A stretch of 64,000 nt of DNA. Origin: Candidatus Hermodarchaeota archaeon. GTDB taxonomy: Archaea; Asgardarchaeota; Lokiarchaeia; Sigyniarchaeales; SOKP01. Below the pieces are notes generated by a model that saw nothing but the letters and a program-made list of their open reading frames with translations, was not told where the DNA came from and made no database searches. The stretch's first letter is position 1; each line of letters starts with the position of its first letter. Below, piece after piece: positions 19,599 to 30,827 of this stretch. Both the position numbers and the translations under genes were made by a program. The stretch covers positions 227,105-291,104 of the forward strand of contig JBHLLG010000001.1 of assembly GCA_048885925.1 (NCBI GenBank), given 5' to 3'.

Positions 19599-20210
19599 AT
19601 GATTGAAGTAGAAATAAAAGTTAAAATCTTAGATCCTGAATTAATAAAAAAAAAATTTGAGGAGAACAATGGAGTATATAAATTATCTTTATACCATGAA
19701 GATATTTATTTCAATATGCCTGAGGGATTGAGAGATTTTAAAAAAACTGATGAAGCCTTAAGATTAAGAAAATCTATTGAATTTAATAAAGCTGATAGAT
19801 TGAAGAAAAAAATTTACAATCATTACATAACCTATAAAGGTAAAAAGATCGACAATTCTACAAAAACCCGAAGTGAAATTGATATTACAATTGAAGATAC
19901 GGATAGTATGAAGAAATTGTTAACAGAATTGGGTTTTAAAGAAATATTTACCATTCAAAAGGAAAGGGAATTATATGAATTTAAATTTGAAAATACTCAT
20001 ATTGAAGTATTGGTAGATTATATACCTCTTTTAAAACAATATTTTATTGAAGTTGAATGTTTAGTCAGTTCTTTAGATCAAATCGAGAAATTTCGAGAGA
20101 TTTTATTCCGATTTCTAAAAAAGTTCAACATTAAGAAGGAAGAATCAATAAGAGAATCTTATTTAGAACTAATTTTGAGAAATTTAAAACCTAACTATGG
20201 GTATAATTGA
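19599..20210 (+). CDS. CYTH-domain protein (class IV adenylate cyclase-like / triphosphate tunnel enzyme)
   Basis: IEVEIK, D.YF, ALRLR, TYKG, R.E, K.R..Y, FIEVE, SYLEL. Confidence 0.88.
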   Translation: MIEVEIKVKILDPELIKKKFEENNGVYKLSLYHEDIYFNMPEGLRDFKKTDEALRLRKSIEFNKADRLKKKIYNHYITYKGKKIDNSTKTRSEIDITIEDTDSMKKLLTELGFKEIFTIQKERELYEFKFENTHIEVLVDYIPLLKQYFIEVECLVSSLDQIEKFREILFRFLKKFNIKKEESIRESYLELILRNLKPNYGYN

Positions 20211-20463
20211 GTATATTAAACATAATATACCCAATAAGGATATGGAAAAGAAAAACTCTGTATCACTTTCTCAATTAAATATTGTTTAATATAAATTTAA
20301 AATAATTTGGAGTCCAATTTCTAAAATTGATTATTAGGAATAATGAATATTATAATATTTAAGTAAAAATATTTATTTATTTTAACTTTTAGAAATTGCA
20401 CCCATTTTACCGTATAAAAGTTGGAAAATCATTCCAATAGCTATTACGGTAAATTTAAAAAAT

Positions 20464-20751
20464 TTATTTCTTCAAATCTTTATATTCTCCATCCAAAATC
20501 TGGGCAATATAACGTCTTCCTTTAATAATCCACATTATTTTATGGCCTTCCCTTGCCTTTTTACCCCATTCTGACTTTTTATTACGATTTTGTTCAATGT
20601 ATCGATATCCGAATAGATCGACGTAATGTGGCCCACTTGAAAATTTCTTAATCGGATATTCAATATCATCAATTGTGATACTTTTTTTACCTTCAAAGAT
20701 CGCATTAAATATCTTTAAACCATTTTCTTTTATATTTTCCATAATATTCAA
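20464..20751 (-). CDS. small hypothetical protein
   Basis: 95-aa ORF 5 nt downstream of the HD gene with a GGTGA SD. Confidence 0.65.
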   Translation of the reverse strand: MNIMENIKENGLKIFNAIFEGKKSITIDDIEYPIKKFSSGPHYVDLFGYRYIEQNRNKKSEWGKKAREGHKIMWIIKGRRYIAQILDGEYKDLKK

Positions 20752-20756
20752 TCACC

Positions 20757-22232
20757 TTAGATTATAATAGTATCTTGCGCAATAATAGCTTCTTGTGTTT
20801 TCTTTTTTAATTTAGTTGTTTTAATATCTTGAAGATTTACAGTTGTCTTAGGAAATATTGTTCCACCATTTAATCTTCCGAATGTTTTTTTCTTTTCATT
20901 AGAGAAAAGAGAGAAATTAAATTGCATTAAATCTTTCGCTTGCTGATCTTTAAATTGCATCAGCCAAGAAAATTCATCTAAATGCAGTAGGATCTCATCT
21001 AAAAGTGTTACTTTTTTCAATTCAGTTGTAAAATAAGTGTCACGTATTTGAATTGGAATTGGTCTACCCCATTCCTGTAATTCATCTATTAACATTAAAA
21101 AAAATGCTAAAGGGTTTTCTTCAAAATTGTAGTCTTTAAGCTTAGCTTTAAAATTGTGGAGTGCTATTGCTTTAGCAGCTAAAATATATCCGTGATTTTC
21201 ATCATTATTTCTAATTTCTGTTGGAGTACCAAGCCCCCTTAAAAGAGAAAGTGCAGAAATGACCCCATGATCTAGTTCTATTTGATTCTGATAATTATAT
21301 TCAGGATGCCCATTTGGATGATTTAAAAAAATTTGCGCCTCTTGAGCAGATATAGACGGAAATTTAAACCCAGCACCCTCCCTTATTAAAATTTGAGCTT
21401 CTTTAGATAATCCTTCTTCTATAATTTTTAGATATTCCTCTTGTTCACCTCTCCACGTTAAATTGATTTCAAAGGGAATAAATTGAAGATCCAACGTAGG
21501 GTAACATTTTAATAATTGATTTAAAAGAGAATAATTAACAGCTGTAGTCATTTTTCCCAATGGATATCCTATATCATGAAGAAGTCCTATAATCCACCAG
21601 AATTTTTCTTTTAATAATTTTTTATTTAATTCTGTTAAATCAGAAATAATTCCAGCTAAAGATCCTTGACCAATATCTTGTTCTAACAAAAAATCTCCTA
21701 AAACTGCTACACGAAGCGCATGTTCAGTATGATCTCTATAATATTTTTTTACACTTGTACTATAAAGAAAAGCTTCAAGGTCTGGTAAAGCTCTTATAAG
21801 ATACAATAATCCTCTAGATTCAATCCCTCGTTCCTTAGATACATCAAGAAGAGCAGATGATAGATCTTTCCTTTTCCCAGTTATGAAATCTAAATTTAAA
21901 TCTAAACCCTCAATATCTTTAAAAGATTCCTTTATTGCCATCTCAAGAGGTATCTGAAGTCCCGAAAGCATCTGCATTTTAAAATTAGAAAATTTTTTTC
22001 CAAAAGAACCTAAATTTGCTATTTCTCTTTGTGCTAACGCTAAATCTTTATCCAGATCTTTTAAAGTTGCAAAGGATTTATTTTTTTTTAGCTCTTCGAG
22101 AGCTTCGGGATGTATTTCCTGTAATGTTTTTTCTACTGATGACATCAAATCAGAAAACCATTTACTAAAACTACTACTCTGCCCAGAAATTCGATTTAGT
22201 ATCCAATCATCATTTATTCGGAAATCTGACAT
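20757..22232 (-). CDS. HD-superfamily metal-dependent phosphohydrolase
   Basis: DHTEHALRV, LLHDIGY, DHG, ALHN, LIDELQEWGR. Confidence 0.8.
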   Translation of the reverse strand: MSDFRINDDWILNRISGQSSSFSKWFSDLMSSVEKTLQEIHPEALEELKKNKSFATLKDLDKDLALAQREIANLGSFGKKFSNFKMQMLSGLQIPLEMAIKESFKDIEGLDLNLDFITGKRKDLSSALLDVSKERGIESRGLLYLIRALPDLEAFLYSTSVKKYYRDHTEHALRVAVLGDFLLEQDIGQGSLAGIISDLTELNKKLLKEKFWWIIGLLHDIGYPLGKMTTAVNYSLLNQLLKCYPTLDLQFIPFEINLTWRGEQEEYLKIIEEGLSKEAQILIREGAGFKFPSISAQEAQIFLNHPNGHPEYNYQNQIELDHGVISALSLLRGLGTPTEIRNNDENHGYILAAKAIALHNFKAKLKDYNFEENPLAFFLMLIDELQEWGRPIPIQIRDTYFTTELKKVTLLDEILLHLDEFSWLMQFKDQQAKDLMQFNFSLFSNEKKKTFGRLNGGTIFPKTTVNLQDIKTTKLKKKTQEAIIAQDTIII

Positions 22233-22374
22233 ACTAATACTAGAAAGTATTTAATATTGGTTTTAATTTATTAGGTTTTAATAATTTTGCATTTTTAAAT
22301 TATGAATAAAGACAAAACTAGACCATTATAATAAAGAATTATAAAGAAAATAAACATTTCATGCAAGTCTGATA

Positions 22375-23511
22375 TTATGATATATCTAATCTAATGATCT
22401 CGTGATGACAAATTGAAAGTGAACTATTAGAAGGTGCGAATAATTCTATATTATCTAATACTTCTACATAAGAAGAAAGAATTACTAAGTTTTGATTATT
22501 TCCCACTAATTTTGCGCCATCATGTATTAAACAATTGTCAGCAATAATTGTTTTATCTATTTTAACATTATTTGAGATATACACATCATTGTAAATTAAA
22601 GCCTCTTTAATTTCTGAATTTTCTCCAATATAAACATTGTCCCCAATGACAACATTTGGCCCAATTCGACAATTATTTCTCATAACTACATTTTCACCAA
22701 TAGTAACGGGTGGATATATCATTGCTTTACCCTGTATATAAAGACTCTCATCAATTAGACTTTCTCGTTTTTCTTCAAGGTTTTTCAATAGATCATTCAT
22801 TAATTGAATATTTCCTTCTAATAATTCTTCAGGTTTTCCAATATCTTTCCAGATACCCGAAATTGAATAATGAAATAATTTATCCTCACTAGCAAGTATA
22901 GGAAAAACCTCTCTTTCTATTGAAACTTTCTTGTTAGGTTTAATGTATTGAAATACCTCAGGTTCTAAAAGATATACTCCAGCATTAATAGGCATGGGAA
23001 TAATTTTTCCCTGTGGAGGCGTATATTCGGTTTTTTCAAGAAATTTTAAAATTTTATTTGTACCTTCCTCAATAATTAGTACACCATATCTTGAAGGATC
23101 GGGAACAATTTTACTTGCGATTAATCCTACTCCTTTATAAGTTTCATGGGCATTAACCATTGTTTTAAAATCAAAATTTAAAATAACATCTCCATTTAAC
23201 ATAAAAAAATTATCATCTTTTAGGTAATCTTCAGCTAATTTTATTGCTCCAGCAGTTCCTAGTGGACTTTTCTCATTTGTATATTGAATTTTGATTCCAA
23301 ATTTCTTTCCATCCTTAAAATAATTTTGTAAAATCTCAGACATCACACTTACTGCTAAAATTATTTCTGTAATTCCTGCTGCTTTTAATAATAGAATTTG
23401 TCTTTCTATTACGGGTTTATTCACTACAGGAATCAAAGTTTTAGGTATTGAACAAGTTAATGGCCGTAAACGAGTTCCCCAACCTCCAGATAAAATTACT
23501 GCTTTGGTCAT
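22375..23511 (-). CDS. NDP-sugar pyrophosphorylase (mannose-1-P guanylyltransferase-like)
   Basis: ILSGGWGTRLRPLT..PK, EKSPLGTAGA, LNGD, WKDIG; C-terminal left-handed beta-helix. Confidence 0.92.
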   Translation of the reverse strand: MTKAVILSGGWGTRLRPLTCSIPKTLIPVVNKPVIERQILLLKAAGITEIILAVSVMSEILQNYFKDGKKFGIKIQYTNEKSPLGTAGAIKLAEDYLKDDNFFMLNGDVILNFDFKTMVNAHETYKGVGLIASKIVPDPSRYGVLIIEEGTNKILKFLEKTEYTPPQGKIIPMPINAGVYLLEPEVFQYIKPNKKVSIEREVFPILASEDKLFHYSISGIWKDIGKPEELLEGNIQLMNDLLKNLEEKRESLIDESLYIQGKAMIYPPVTIGENVVMRNNCRIGPNVVIGDNVYIGENSEIKEALIYNDVYISNNVKIDKTIIADNCLIHDGAKLVGNNQNLVILSSYVEVLDNIELFAPSNSSLSICHHEIIRLDIS

Positions 23512-23621
23512 TATAAGTATTAAATAATTTTGATGGAAACCATCATTTTTTAAGTTAATTTTAAGGAATTAAATTAAAAATTAAAATTTATTCAAAATTA
23601 GTTAAAAAGGGCAAAATATCG

Positions 23622-24914
23622 TTATAATTCAATTTGCTCTGGTCTTAAGCTTACTTCATCTTCTTTTTCTATCATTCGATCTTCAGAATCTTTGCGTATA
23701 GCATTTTTAAGATCAGTGAAAAACCAAGTTACAATAATACTTACAAATTGTAAATATAATATGATTATAAAAAGTAATCTAATTCCAAATAATTCTGCTA
23801 AAGGTCCAGAGATTATCATTCCAAGGGGTGTCACAGCAGTTGCAATACTAACAACGATTGAGAACACTCTACCCTGAGATTTTGGAGGAATCCTTGTTTG
23901 CAATATCGTAAGAAACATTGTATTTGCTATGGGAATTAATAAACCATGGATTAATGTTCCGATGCCCATTAATATAAAATAACCCTTTGGAGCAATTGCT
24001 GTAATCAAATATCCACCAATTCCAATAAAAATAGAGCAGAGTATAATTACTTCCTTGTTTTTCCAGTCTTTTTTAGTCGAAGCAATTATTGCACCAATAA
24101 CAATTCCAACTTGTAAGAATGCGCTTACTAAAGCAAAATCAGCAGCAGTTCCAGAGTGATTTATTAGAATAAATAATGACATTAAAGTAGTAAATGGCAT
24201 ATTTAATAGATTGATAACAGAAATAAATATAATCAAAATGAGAAAACTTTTTACAGATTTTAAAATATTTATTCCAGATTTAAAATCCTTTAAATATGAA
24301 ACCTTTTGTTCTCTCCCTGAATCAGCGGTGATTGAGGGAATAGTAATGAGTAATAATGGAACAATAGCAATAATAAAGGTAAATATATCTACCCATAGTA
24401 TTTGTTCAATTAAAAAGAATGCTAGTAACGTCGCTGCTACTACTGGACCTATTACACGTATAATCCCTGTAAATAAATAGTTGATTGCATTCATTCTACT
24501 TAGATATTTCTTTGGTATCATGATTGGAATTATAGCATTAACAGTAGGAAAATGAATCGCTTGACAAATTCCTCGAAAAAAATTCATTGTAATAACAAGC
24601 CAAATATTCGCAATATCATTCAAAAATATTAGAATTATCAAGAACGTTATGAAAGCTTGAAGCGAATCTGTGACAACGATGGTAACTTTCCTATTCCATC
24701 TATCTATAAAAACACCTACGATCAATGGAATGATTACCATTGGAAAAAATCCTAAAAAAAGAGCAATTGATACATAAATTGGACTCTCTGTTACTTCTGC
24801 TATCCACCAGACTATTACAAACTGAATAATAGAAGATCCCAATAATGAGAATAATTGACCAACCCAAAAGAAAATATAACTTCTAAATGAATGTTCAGTG
24901 GCCGTTAAACCCAT
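23622..24914 (-). CDS. MFS transporter (MefA/DHA3-like)
   Basis: GQLFSLLGS, G.FIDRWNRK, QGRVFS; about 12 TM. Confidence 0.9.
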   Translation of the reverse strand: MGLTATEHSFRSYIFFWVGQLFSLLGSSIIQFVIVWWIAEVTESPIYVSIALFLGFFPMVIIPLIVGVFIDRWNRKVTIVVTDSLQAFITFLIILIFLNDIANIWLVITMNFFRGICQAIHFPTVNAIIPIMIPKKYLSRMNAINYLFTGIIRVIGPVVAATLLAFFLIEQILWVDIFTFIIAIVPLLLITIPSITADSGREQKVSYLKDFKSGINILKSVKSFLILIIFISVINLLNMPFTTLMSLFILINHSGTAADFALVSAFLQVGIVIGAIIASTKKDWKNKEVIILCSIFIGIGGYLITAIAPKGYFILMGIGTLIHGLLIPIANTMFLTILQTRIPPKSQGRVFSIVVSIATAVTPLGMIISGPLAELFGIRLLFIIILYLQFVSIIVTWFFTDLKNAIRKDSEDRMIEKEDEVSLRPEQIEL

Positions 24915-25020
24915 AAAAAATTAAATGAAATATTATATCAATATTTTATGAAATCTCTAAAGAACGAATTTTATCTGTTAGAAATAAATTAGACTTTTAA
25001 AAAAAATAAAAAAAGGTAAA

Positions 25021-26787
25021 TTACTTTTTAAATAGCGGATCTGCTTCTTGAAGTGTACGTCTTTCGACTTTTCCCATAATACTTTTAGGGACTTCGTCAA
25101 TGATATCAATCATAGCAGGACATTTCCATTTCGTCATATTCTTTTCTGTCCATGCTATTAATTCTTCTCCAGTTATCTTCCCCTTATATTCTGGCTTCAA
25201 AGCAACCCAAGCTTTTGTGATTTCTCCAACTTTTCCCGAAGGGTCTGGAAGACCTGCTACAGCTGCTTCTGAAACTGCTTCATGACTCATCAACATTGTT
25301 TCAACTTCAGCAGGAAATACTGAATGTCCAGCAACTTTAATTAATTGTTTCTTTCTATCTCTAAGTGCCACAGTCCCATCTTCATTCATGAAACCAATAT
25401 CTCCGGTGAGGAGCCAAGTTCGACCATCCCATTTCTTTAAAGTATCCGCTGTTTCTTCAGGTTGATTTAAATAACCTTTCATAACTTGAGGTCCACATAT
25501 ACATAATTCTCCTGTGTGTTCTTCTCCATATTTTGATCCAGGTAGACCATCTGCTATTGGTCCCTTTTCAAAATCATTGGTATCAAAAATCGTCCAATCG
25601 GTACCAGTCATTGCCATACCAATACAACCTACTGGACTATCACCAAATAAATTCCCTCCACTTACAACAGGGCTGGCTTCTGAAAGACCATATCCTTCTA
25701 CAATCCTTCCACCAGTATTTTCTTGAAATGATTTTTGTACAGGTGCATGTAAAGGTCCAGCACCTGAAATGCATAGTCTTAATCTCCCCATTAAGCCAGG
25801 AAATTTTTCAAGATGAGGAAAATCAGCGATCCTTTTAAACAGAATTTCAGCACCTGCATAAAAAAGCCCTTTTGGAGCATCAATATGCGTGATTTCTTTT
25901 AGAAATTCTTCAGTAGGTGGCGGTCGTGGAAAAAGCATCATCCATCCTCCCAAACCAATTGCTACATTCATAACAGCTGTCATAGCAAATGAATGGAAGA
26001 GTGGAATAGCGCCGATATCTCCCACACCAGGATCTTCTCCTCCCACCCACAAAACGCATTGAAGTGCGTTAGAAACTAAATTAAAGTGTGTCAATACTGT
26101 TGCTTTAGGAACTCCTGTTGTTCCTCCAGTCATAATATAAGTAGCAGTATGTTCAGTTGGATCAAATTGTACTTTAGGAAGATCTGGTTTTGTATCAAGA
26201 AGATCTAAAAAATTTATAGCACTAGGAAAATCAACTTTTCCTTTTGGAATTTTACCAATCATTTTTCCTAATGTCTTCTTAATTCCTGATAAACCTGAAG
26301 CTAAATCGACTATATTTGTGTAAATAACCATCTCAACATTAGTCTTATTAATGATTGAACGTGCTAACTCACCATATAATGCATCTAAAGTAATTAATAC
26401 TTTTGCATTGGTTAATTTTAAGTGATGTAATACTTCCAAAGGTTTATAAGTTATATTTATACCCGTAGCAATTGCTCCCAACTTTGCAGTTGCATAGAAG
26501 CTAATTACATATTGAAAACTATTAGGTAAAAGATATGCAACCACATCTCCTTTCTTTATACCTAATTTATGAAGCGCTGTTGCTAAAGAATCTATAGCTT
26601 GCCCCGCTTCCTCGTAAGTCATCCAAGATTCGATAAACCACATCATTCGTTCATTAGGATATTTTTTTCTTTGTCTTTCGAAAAATTCTCCTAATGAAAT
26701 TTTCTCAAAATTGTAATTCTTTGGAGTATTCTTGGGCCACCACTTCTTAAACCAAGCTTTATCCTCATTTACTTGCCATTCTGCCAT
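25021..26787 (-). CDS. long-chain fatty-acid--CoA ligase
   Basis: TGGTTGVPK, EGYGLSE, GPQVMKGY, TGDIG, DRKK, GKV.R. Confidence 0.92.
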   Translation of the reverse strand: MAEWQVNEDKAWFKKWWPKNTPKNYNFEKISLGEFFERQRKKYPNERMMWFIESWMTYEEAGQAIDSLATALHKLGIKKGDVVAYLLPNSFQYVISFYATAKLGAIATGINITYKPLEVLHHLKLTNAKVLITLDALYGELARSIINKTNVEMVIYTNIVDLASGLSGIKKTLGKMIGKIPKGKVDFPSAINFLDLLDTKPDLPKVQFDPTEHTATYIMTGGTTGVPKATVLTHFNLVSNALQCVLWVGGEDPGVGDIGAIPLFHSFAMTAVMNVAIGLGGWMMLFPRPPPTEEFLKEITHIDAPKGLFYAGAEILFKRIADFPHLEKFPGLMGRLRLCISGAGPLHAPVQKSFQENTGGRIVEGYGLSEASPVVSGGNLFGDSPVGCIGMAMTGTDWTIFDTNDFEKGPIADGLPGSKYGEEHTGELCICGPQVMKGYLNQPEETADTLKKWDGRTWLLTGDIGFMNEDGTVALRDRKKQLIKVAGHSVFPAEVETMLMSHEAVSEAAVAGLPDPSGKVGEITKAWVALKPEYKGKITGEELIAWTEKNMTKWKCPAMIDIIDEVPKSIMGKVERRTLQEADPLFKK

Positions 26788-27028
26788 CTAAATCACTTTT
26801 TATTTCATTTTTTTTTGTAAATTCGAATTTCAAAATTTTATTGTTGAACATTAAATTAAATTAGAGTAAATTTATAAAGTTTATATTAAAGAATTAAAAG
26901 GCTTTAGCGATATTTCAAGTATGAGTTTATTTCATAAGAAAGCTTTTTTAAAAATATAATAAAAAAAATTATATGATACTAATAATTCGAAATACATAGA
27001 AATTGAAATAATTGCTAAGGAAAAAAAA

Positions 27029-27391
27029 ATGACATGTATTCACGGATTGGATGAAATAAATTGCCCCACTTGTCGAATTTTAAAATCAACTGCACCATTA
27101 AAGGAATTTTGGCCAAAAAGTCTTAACTCTCTTAATATTAAACACCCCCTTTTTAAAGATGATAATATTCTAGATCAAAAACTAAGAAATGAAATAATCA
27201 ACAAAAAAATTAGCATACAATCTCCTAATTTTATATCAAAACCTCCTTCAATAACCAATATCCCTAATTTTGAAAATAAATTATTTTTAGATAGATTTAA
27301 AGATCTTTCTCTATCTAAAGAGGACAATTTTGGGATAACAAAAAAAATGTCTTTAGAAAGCCCTGAATGGAAATTTGAAGAAGAAGAATAA
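27029..27391 (+). CDS. hypothetical protein with N-terminal CIH..CPTC Zn motif
   Basis: MTCIHGLDEINCPTC. Confidence 0.6.
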   Translation: MTCIHGLDEINCPTCRILKSTAPLKEFWPKSLNSLNIKHPLFKDDNILDQKLRNEIINKKISIQSPNFISKPPSITNIPNFENKLFLDRFKDLSLSKEDNFGITKKMSLESPEWKFEEEE

Positions 27392-27521
27392 AATATCCAA
27401 ATAATTTTTTAAAGAATTTTCGCTTTAGATTATCAATTTTAAGATATAAATAAAAGCTATTTAATCATAATAATAAAATATAAATCATTTTTAGAAATAT
27501 TTTAATGTGGTGAAATAAAAA

Positions 27522-28169
27522 ATGACTATGGACATTTACTGGCTTGGTCATGCTGCCTTTAAATTAAAAACACCAAGTGGAAGAATAATTTACCTTGATC
27601 CTTATCAGATTAAAGAAGGTGAAGAGAAAGCTGATATAATTGTCTCAACACATTTACATGGAGATCATTTTGATTCAAGCAGTATAAAAAGTCTTATGAA
27701 GGATGATACGGTTTTGATTGGTCCTGAGAGTATTGCAAGTAGCTTACAAAAATTTGATGGGACACCATTAAAGTTGGGAGACTCATTTGACTATAAAGAT
27801 CTTTCAATAGAATTGGTTCCTGCATATAATATTAAAAAGCCAAATCATCCCAAACGGAATGAGTGGGCAGGTATATTAGTAAAAGCAGAAGATAAGATTG
27901 TGTACCACGCAGGCGATACTGAAAGAATTCCCGAGATGAAAGATCTGGCTAATCGAAATATCACTGTCGCTTTAATGCCGTGCGGAGGGACGTATACAAT
28001 GGATTTTGATGAAGCAACTGACTCAGTTACAGATGTAAAGCCAAAATTTGCGGTCCCAATGCATAATTGGGGCAAAGATTTAACTGATTTTAAAAAGCTT
28101 CTCGAAAAGAAAGATCCTAGTATCAAAGTGGAAATATTAGAAGAAGGTGGGAAACCCCTAAAAATATAA
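27522..28169 (+). CDS. metallo-beta-lactamase-fold hydrolase
   Basis: WLGHA, DPY, THLHGDH, YHAGDT, PMH. Confidence 0.9.
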   Translation: MTMDIYWLGHAAFKLKTPSGRIIYLDPYQIKEGEEKADIIVSTHLHGDHFDSSSIKSLMKDDTVLIGPESIASSLQKFDGTPLKLGDSFDYKDLSIELVPAYNIKKPNHPKRNEWAGILVKAEDKIVYHAGDTERIPEMKDLANRNITVALMPCGGTYTMDFDEATDSVTDVKPKFAVPMHNWGKDLTDFKKLLEKKDPSIKVEILEEGGKPLKI

Positions 28170-28287
28170 TTTTATTTATTTTTATAACCCAATTTCTTTT
28201 TTTATTTGTAAGAAAATTATTGAAATTTAAGTATTACATTTTTGAATTAATCATAATTTTAAATAGAGTTGTATCTAATTCCAATAC

Positions 28288-28852
28288 ATGTCAAAAGTAG
28301 ACGCATTTATAAAAAGAAAAGAGGACGAGAAAGAGGAAAAAACATTAAGATCAAAAAGATATCAATGGTATATCGTAATTTTCATGGGTTTAGTGGGATT
28401 TCTTGATAATAACTTGAATTTAATGGAGGCTCAAGTAGTTCCTTATATACTTACTGAATATAATCTCCCTTCTAATGAATATTTTGCTTTCTGGCAAGGA
28501 ATCTTTGGGATTGCTACATTTTCAGTTTTTATTTTATCTTGGTTTACAGATGCCTTTGGAAGAAAAAAGGGAACTTTAGTTTTATTACTAATAATGGGAA
28601 TTCCATCATTTTTAATACCATTCTTTGCAGTTAATATTTGGATTTTTTTTATCTTATATACCATACTGATAACTGGCACCGTAAGTAATTTATGGGAGAT
28701 ACCGCTAAGTGAAGAATCTCCTGCCAAGAAAAGAGCCCTTTATGGAGGCGTAGCAACCTTAATAAGTCTTATACCGCTTGCTGCTATTGTAGGAGATGAT
28801 ACCTTATGAAACAAAAGGTAAAACTTTAGAAGAGATTCAAGAAGAAAGATAA
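28288..28852 (+). pseudogene. MFS transporter with internal deletion (N-half joined out of frame to its C-terminal tail)
   Basis: N-half motifs D.FGRK and EESPAKKR; another frame at 28796-28852 reads MIPYETKGKTLEEIQEER*. Confidence 0.78.
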
Positions 28853-29054
28853 AAGCAAAACATTTGAAATCATTAAAAATTTAAGTCCTACTTATTATTT
28901 TTATTCTATTTTTTCAAATTTTTTTATTATTTTCTAACTGTACTATTCTATCAATTTTTTAAGATAAGATTTTAAAGTATGAATTTTAAAAGTAATATAT
29001 AAAATGTATTATATCTATAAATTTAGCGAAATAAAGTTCAAGATGTGAAGAAAA

Positions 29055-30773
29055 ATGGAAATCGATGAAGATTTGAAGTTAAACACTACTGTTGCATATA
29101 TCTCTATGGAGATAGCAGTTGATTCAAATATACCTACGTATTCTGGTGGATTGGGTGTATTATCAGGAGACACAGTCCGATCTGCTGCAGATTTAGAGAT
29201 ACCTATGGTCGGAATTTGTCTATGCTACAGTTCTGGATATTTTTACCAATTTTTCAATGAATTTGGGGAGCAAAAGGAAAAAGAAATTGCATGGAATTTC
29301 TATTATGAGTTTGATAAAGTCGAAAAGCCAATATCTCTAAAGATTGAAAATAAAGACGTTCTTGTAAGCGCTTGGCTTTATCGGGTAATAGGTCAATCTG
29401 GTCATGTACTCCCAATTTATCTTTTAACTACCGATGTTGAAGGAAATGAAGAATGGATGAAAAAAATGACAGGTTCATTATATGACAGCACCAGTCGATG
29501 GAATAGAATTGTTCAAGAAATAATTCTAGGGATTGGTGGTGTTAAACTTCTAAAATCACTGGGATACAATAACATTAAAACTTATCATCTAAATGAGGGA
29601 CATGGTTCTTTTGCCACTCTAGAATTATTTAATGAATTAGGGAGCATTGATAAAGTTAAGGAGAAAGTTGTTTTTACGACACATACACCGGTACCCGCGG
29701 GTCATGACCGATTTAACAAAGATTTAGTCGATAAAGTTTTTGAAAGTAGAATACCAAAAGAAATTAGAAAACTGGCCGATGATAATGGTGAATTTAACAT
29801 GACATTTTTAGGGATGGCTCTTTCTAGATATAGAAATGCAGTAGCTCGTAAACATGGAGATATTTCAAGAAAAATGTTTCCTCAATATGAAATTGATTAT
29901 ATCACAAATGGTATTCATTTACCTTTTTGGGTATCAAAACCCTTCAGAAAAATATTTGATAGAAAATGGCCAAATTGGAGAGCAAATCCACAAGTTCTCG
30001 AGAACGCCATAGAGATTGATGACCTTGATCTTTACGATGCTCACATTGAGAATAAGTTTAATTTGATAAATTATCAAAAAGGGCATTCTTGGAATTTATT
30101 GGATGAGGAATTGATTACAATAGGATTTGCTAGACGTTTTGCTACTTACAAGAGAGCAGTACTTATATTTCAAGATATTGATAGGTTAGGTAAGATTTGT
30201 AGAAATAATGTTCAATTTATATTTGCGGGAAAAGCTCATCCTAAGGATCAAATGGGCAAAGACTACATTAAAAAGATTCATGAATCTGGCGAATTTTTAC
30301 ATGACAATTATGGGGTAAAAGTTGTAATGATGGAAAATTATAATATGGATCTTGCTCACATGCTTGTATCCGGTGTTGACATTTGGCTTAATACACCTGA
30401 AAGATATCGTGAGGCTAGTGGTACAAGTGGTATGAAGGCTTCATTAAATGGAGTTCTAAACTTCAGTGTGCAAGATGGATGGTGGTTAGAAGGATATAAG
30501 TTAAATTCACTCGCAGGTTGGGCAATTGGTCCAGATGATTCAAATCCTAATGATCCAGGTGTTTCAAATAATTGGGAAATTGATTCGAAAGTGATTTATG
30601 ATACTTTAGAAAGCCAAATAATTTCAACTTATCAAAACCACGATGAGTGGATCTTTAGACAAAAGAACGCAATCGCATTAGCTGCGTTTTTTAACACCCA
30701 TAGAATGGTTTCCAATTATGCTGAGAAAGCTTATAAACTAAAGAGACAACATCCTTGGAAATTTATTGAATAA
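29055..30773 (+). CDS. glgP: alpha-glucan (glycogen/maltodextrin) phosphorylase
   Basis: YSGGLGVL.GD, HLNEGH, FTTHTPVPAGHD, FARRFATYKR, EASGTSGMKA. Confidence 0.95.
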   Translation: MEIDEDLKLNTTVAYISMEIAVDSNIPTYSGGLGVLSGDTVRSAADLEIPMVGICLCYSSGYFYQFFNEFGEQKEKEIAWNFYYEFDKVEKPISLKIENKDVLVSAWLYRVIGQSGHVLPIYLLTTDVEGNEEWMKKMTGSLYDSTSRWNRIVQEIILGIGGVKLLKSLGYNNIKTYHLNEGHGSFATLELFNELGSIDKVKEKVVFTTHTPVPAGHDRFNKDLVDKVFESRIPKEIRKLADDNGEFNMTFLGMALSRYRNAVARKHGDISRKMFPQYEIDYITNGIHLPFWVSKPFRKIFDRKWPNWRANPQVLENAIEIDDLDLYDAHIENKFNLINYQKGHSWNLLDEELITIGFARRFATYKRAVLIFQDIDRLGKICRNNVQFIFAGKAHPKDQMGKDYIKKIHESGEFLHDNYGVKVVMMENYNMDLAHMLVSGVDIWLNTPERYREASGTSGMKASLNGVLNFSVQDGWWLEGYKLNSLAGWAIGPDDSNPNDPGVSNNWEIDSKVIYDTLESQIISTYQNHDEWIFRQKNAIALAAFFNTHRMVSNYAEKAYKLKRQHPWKFIE

Positions 30774-30827
30774 ATATTTATTCTTTTTGCTTTTTCTAAT
30801 CATTAAATTTATTAAAAGTTTTCACGA

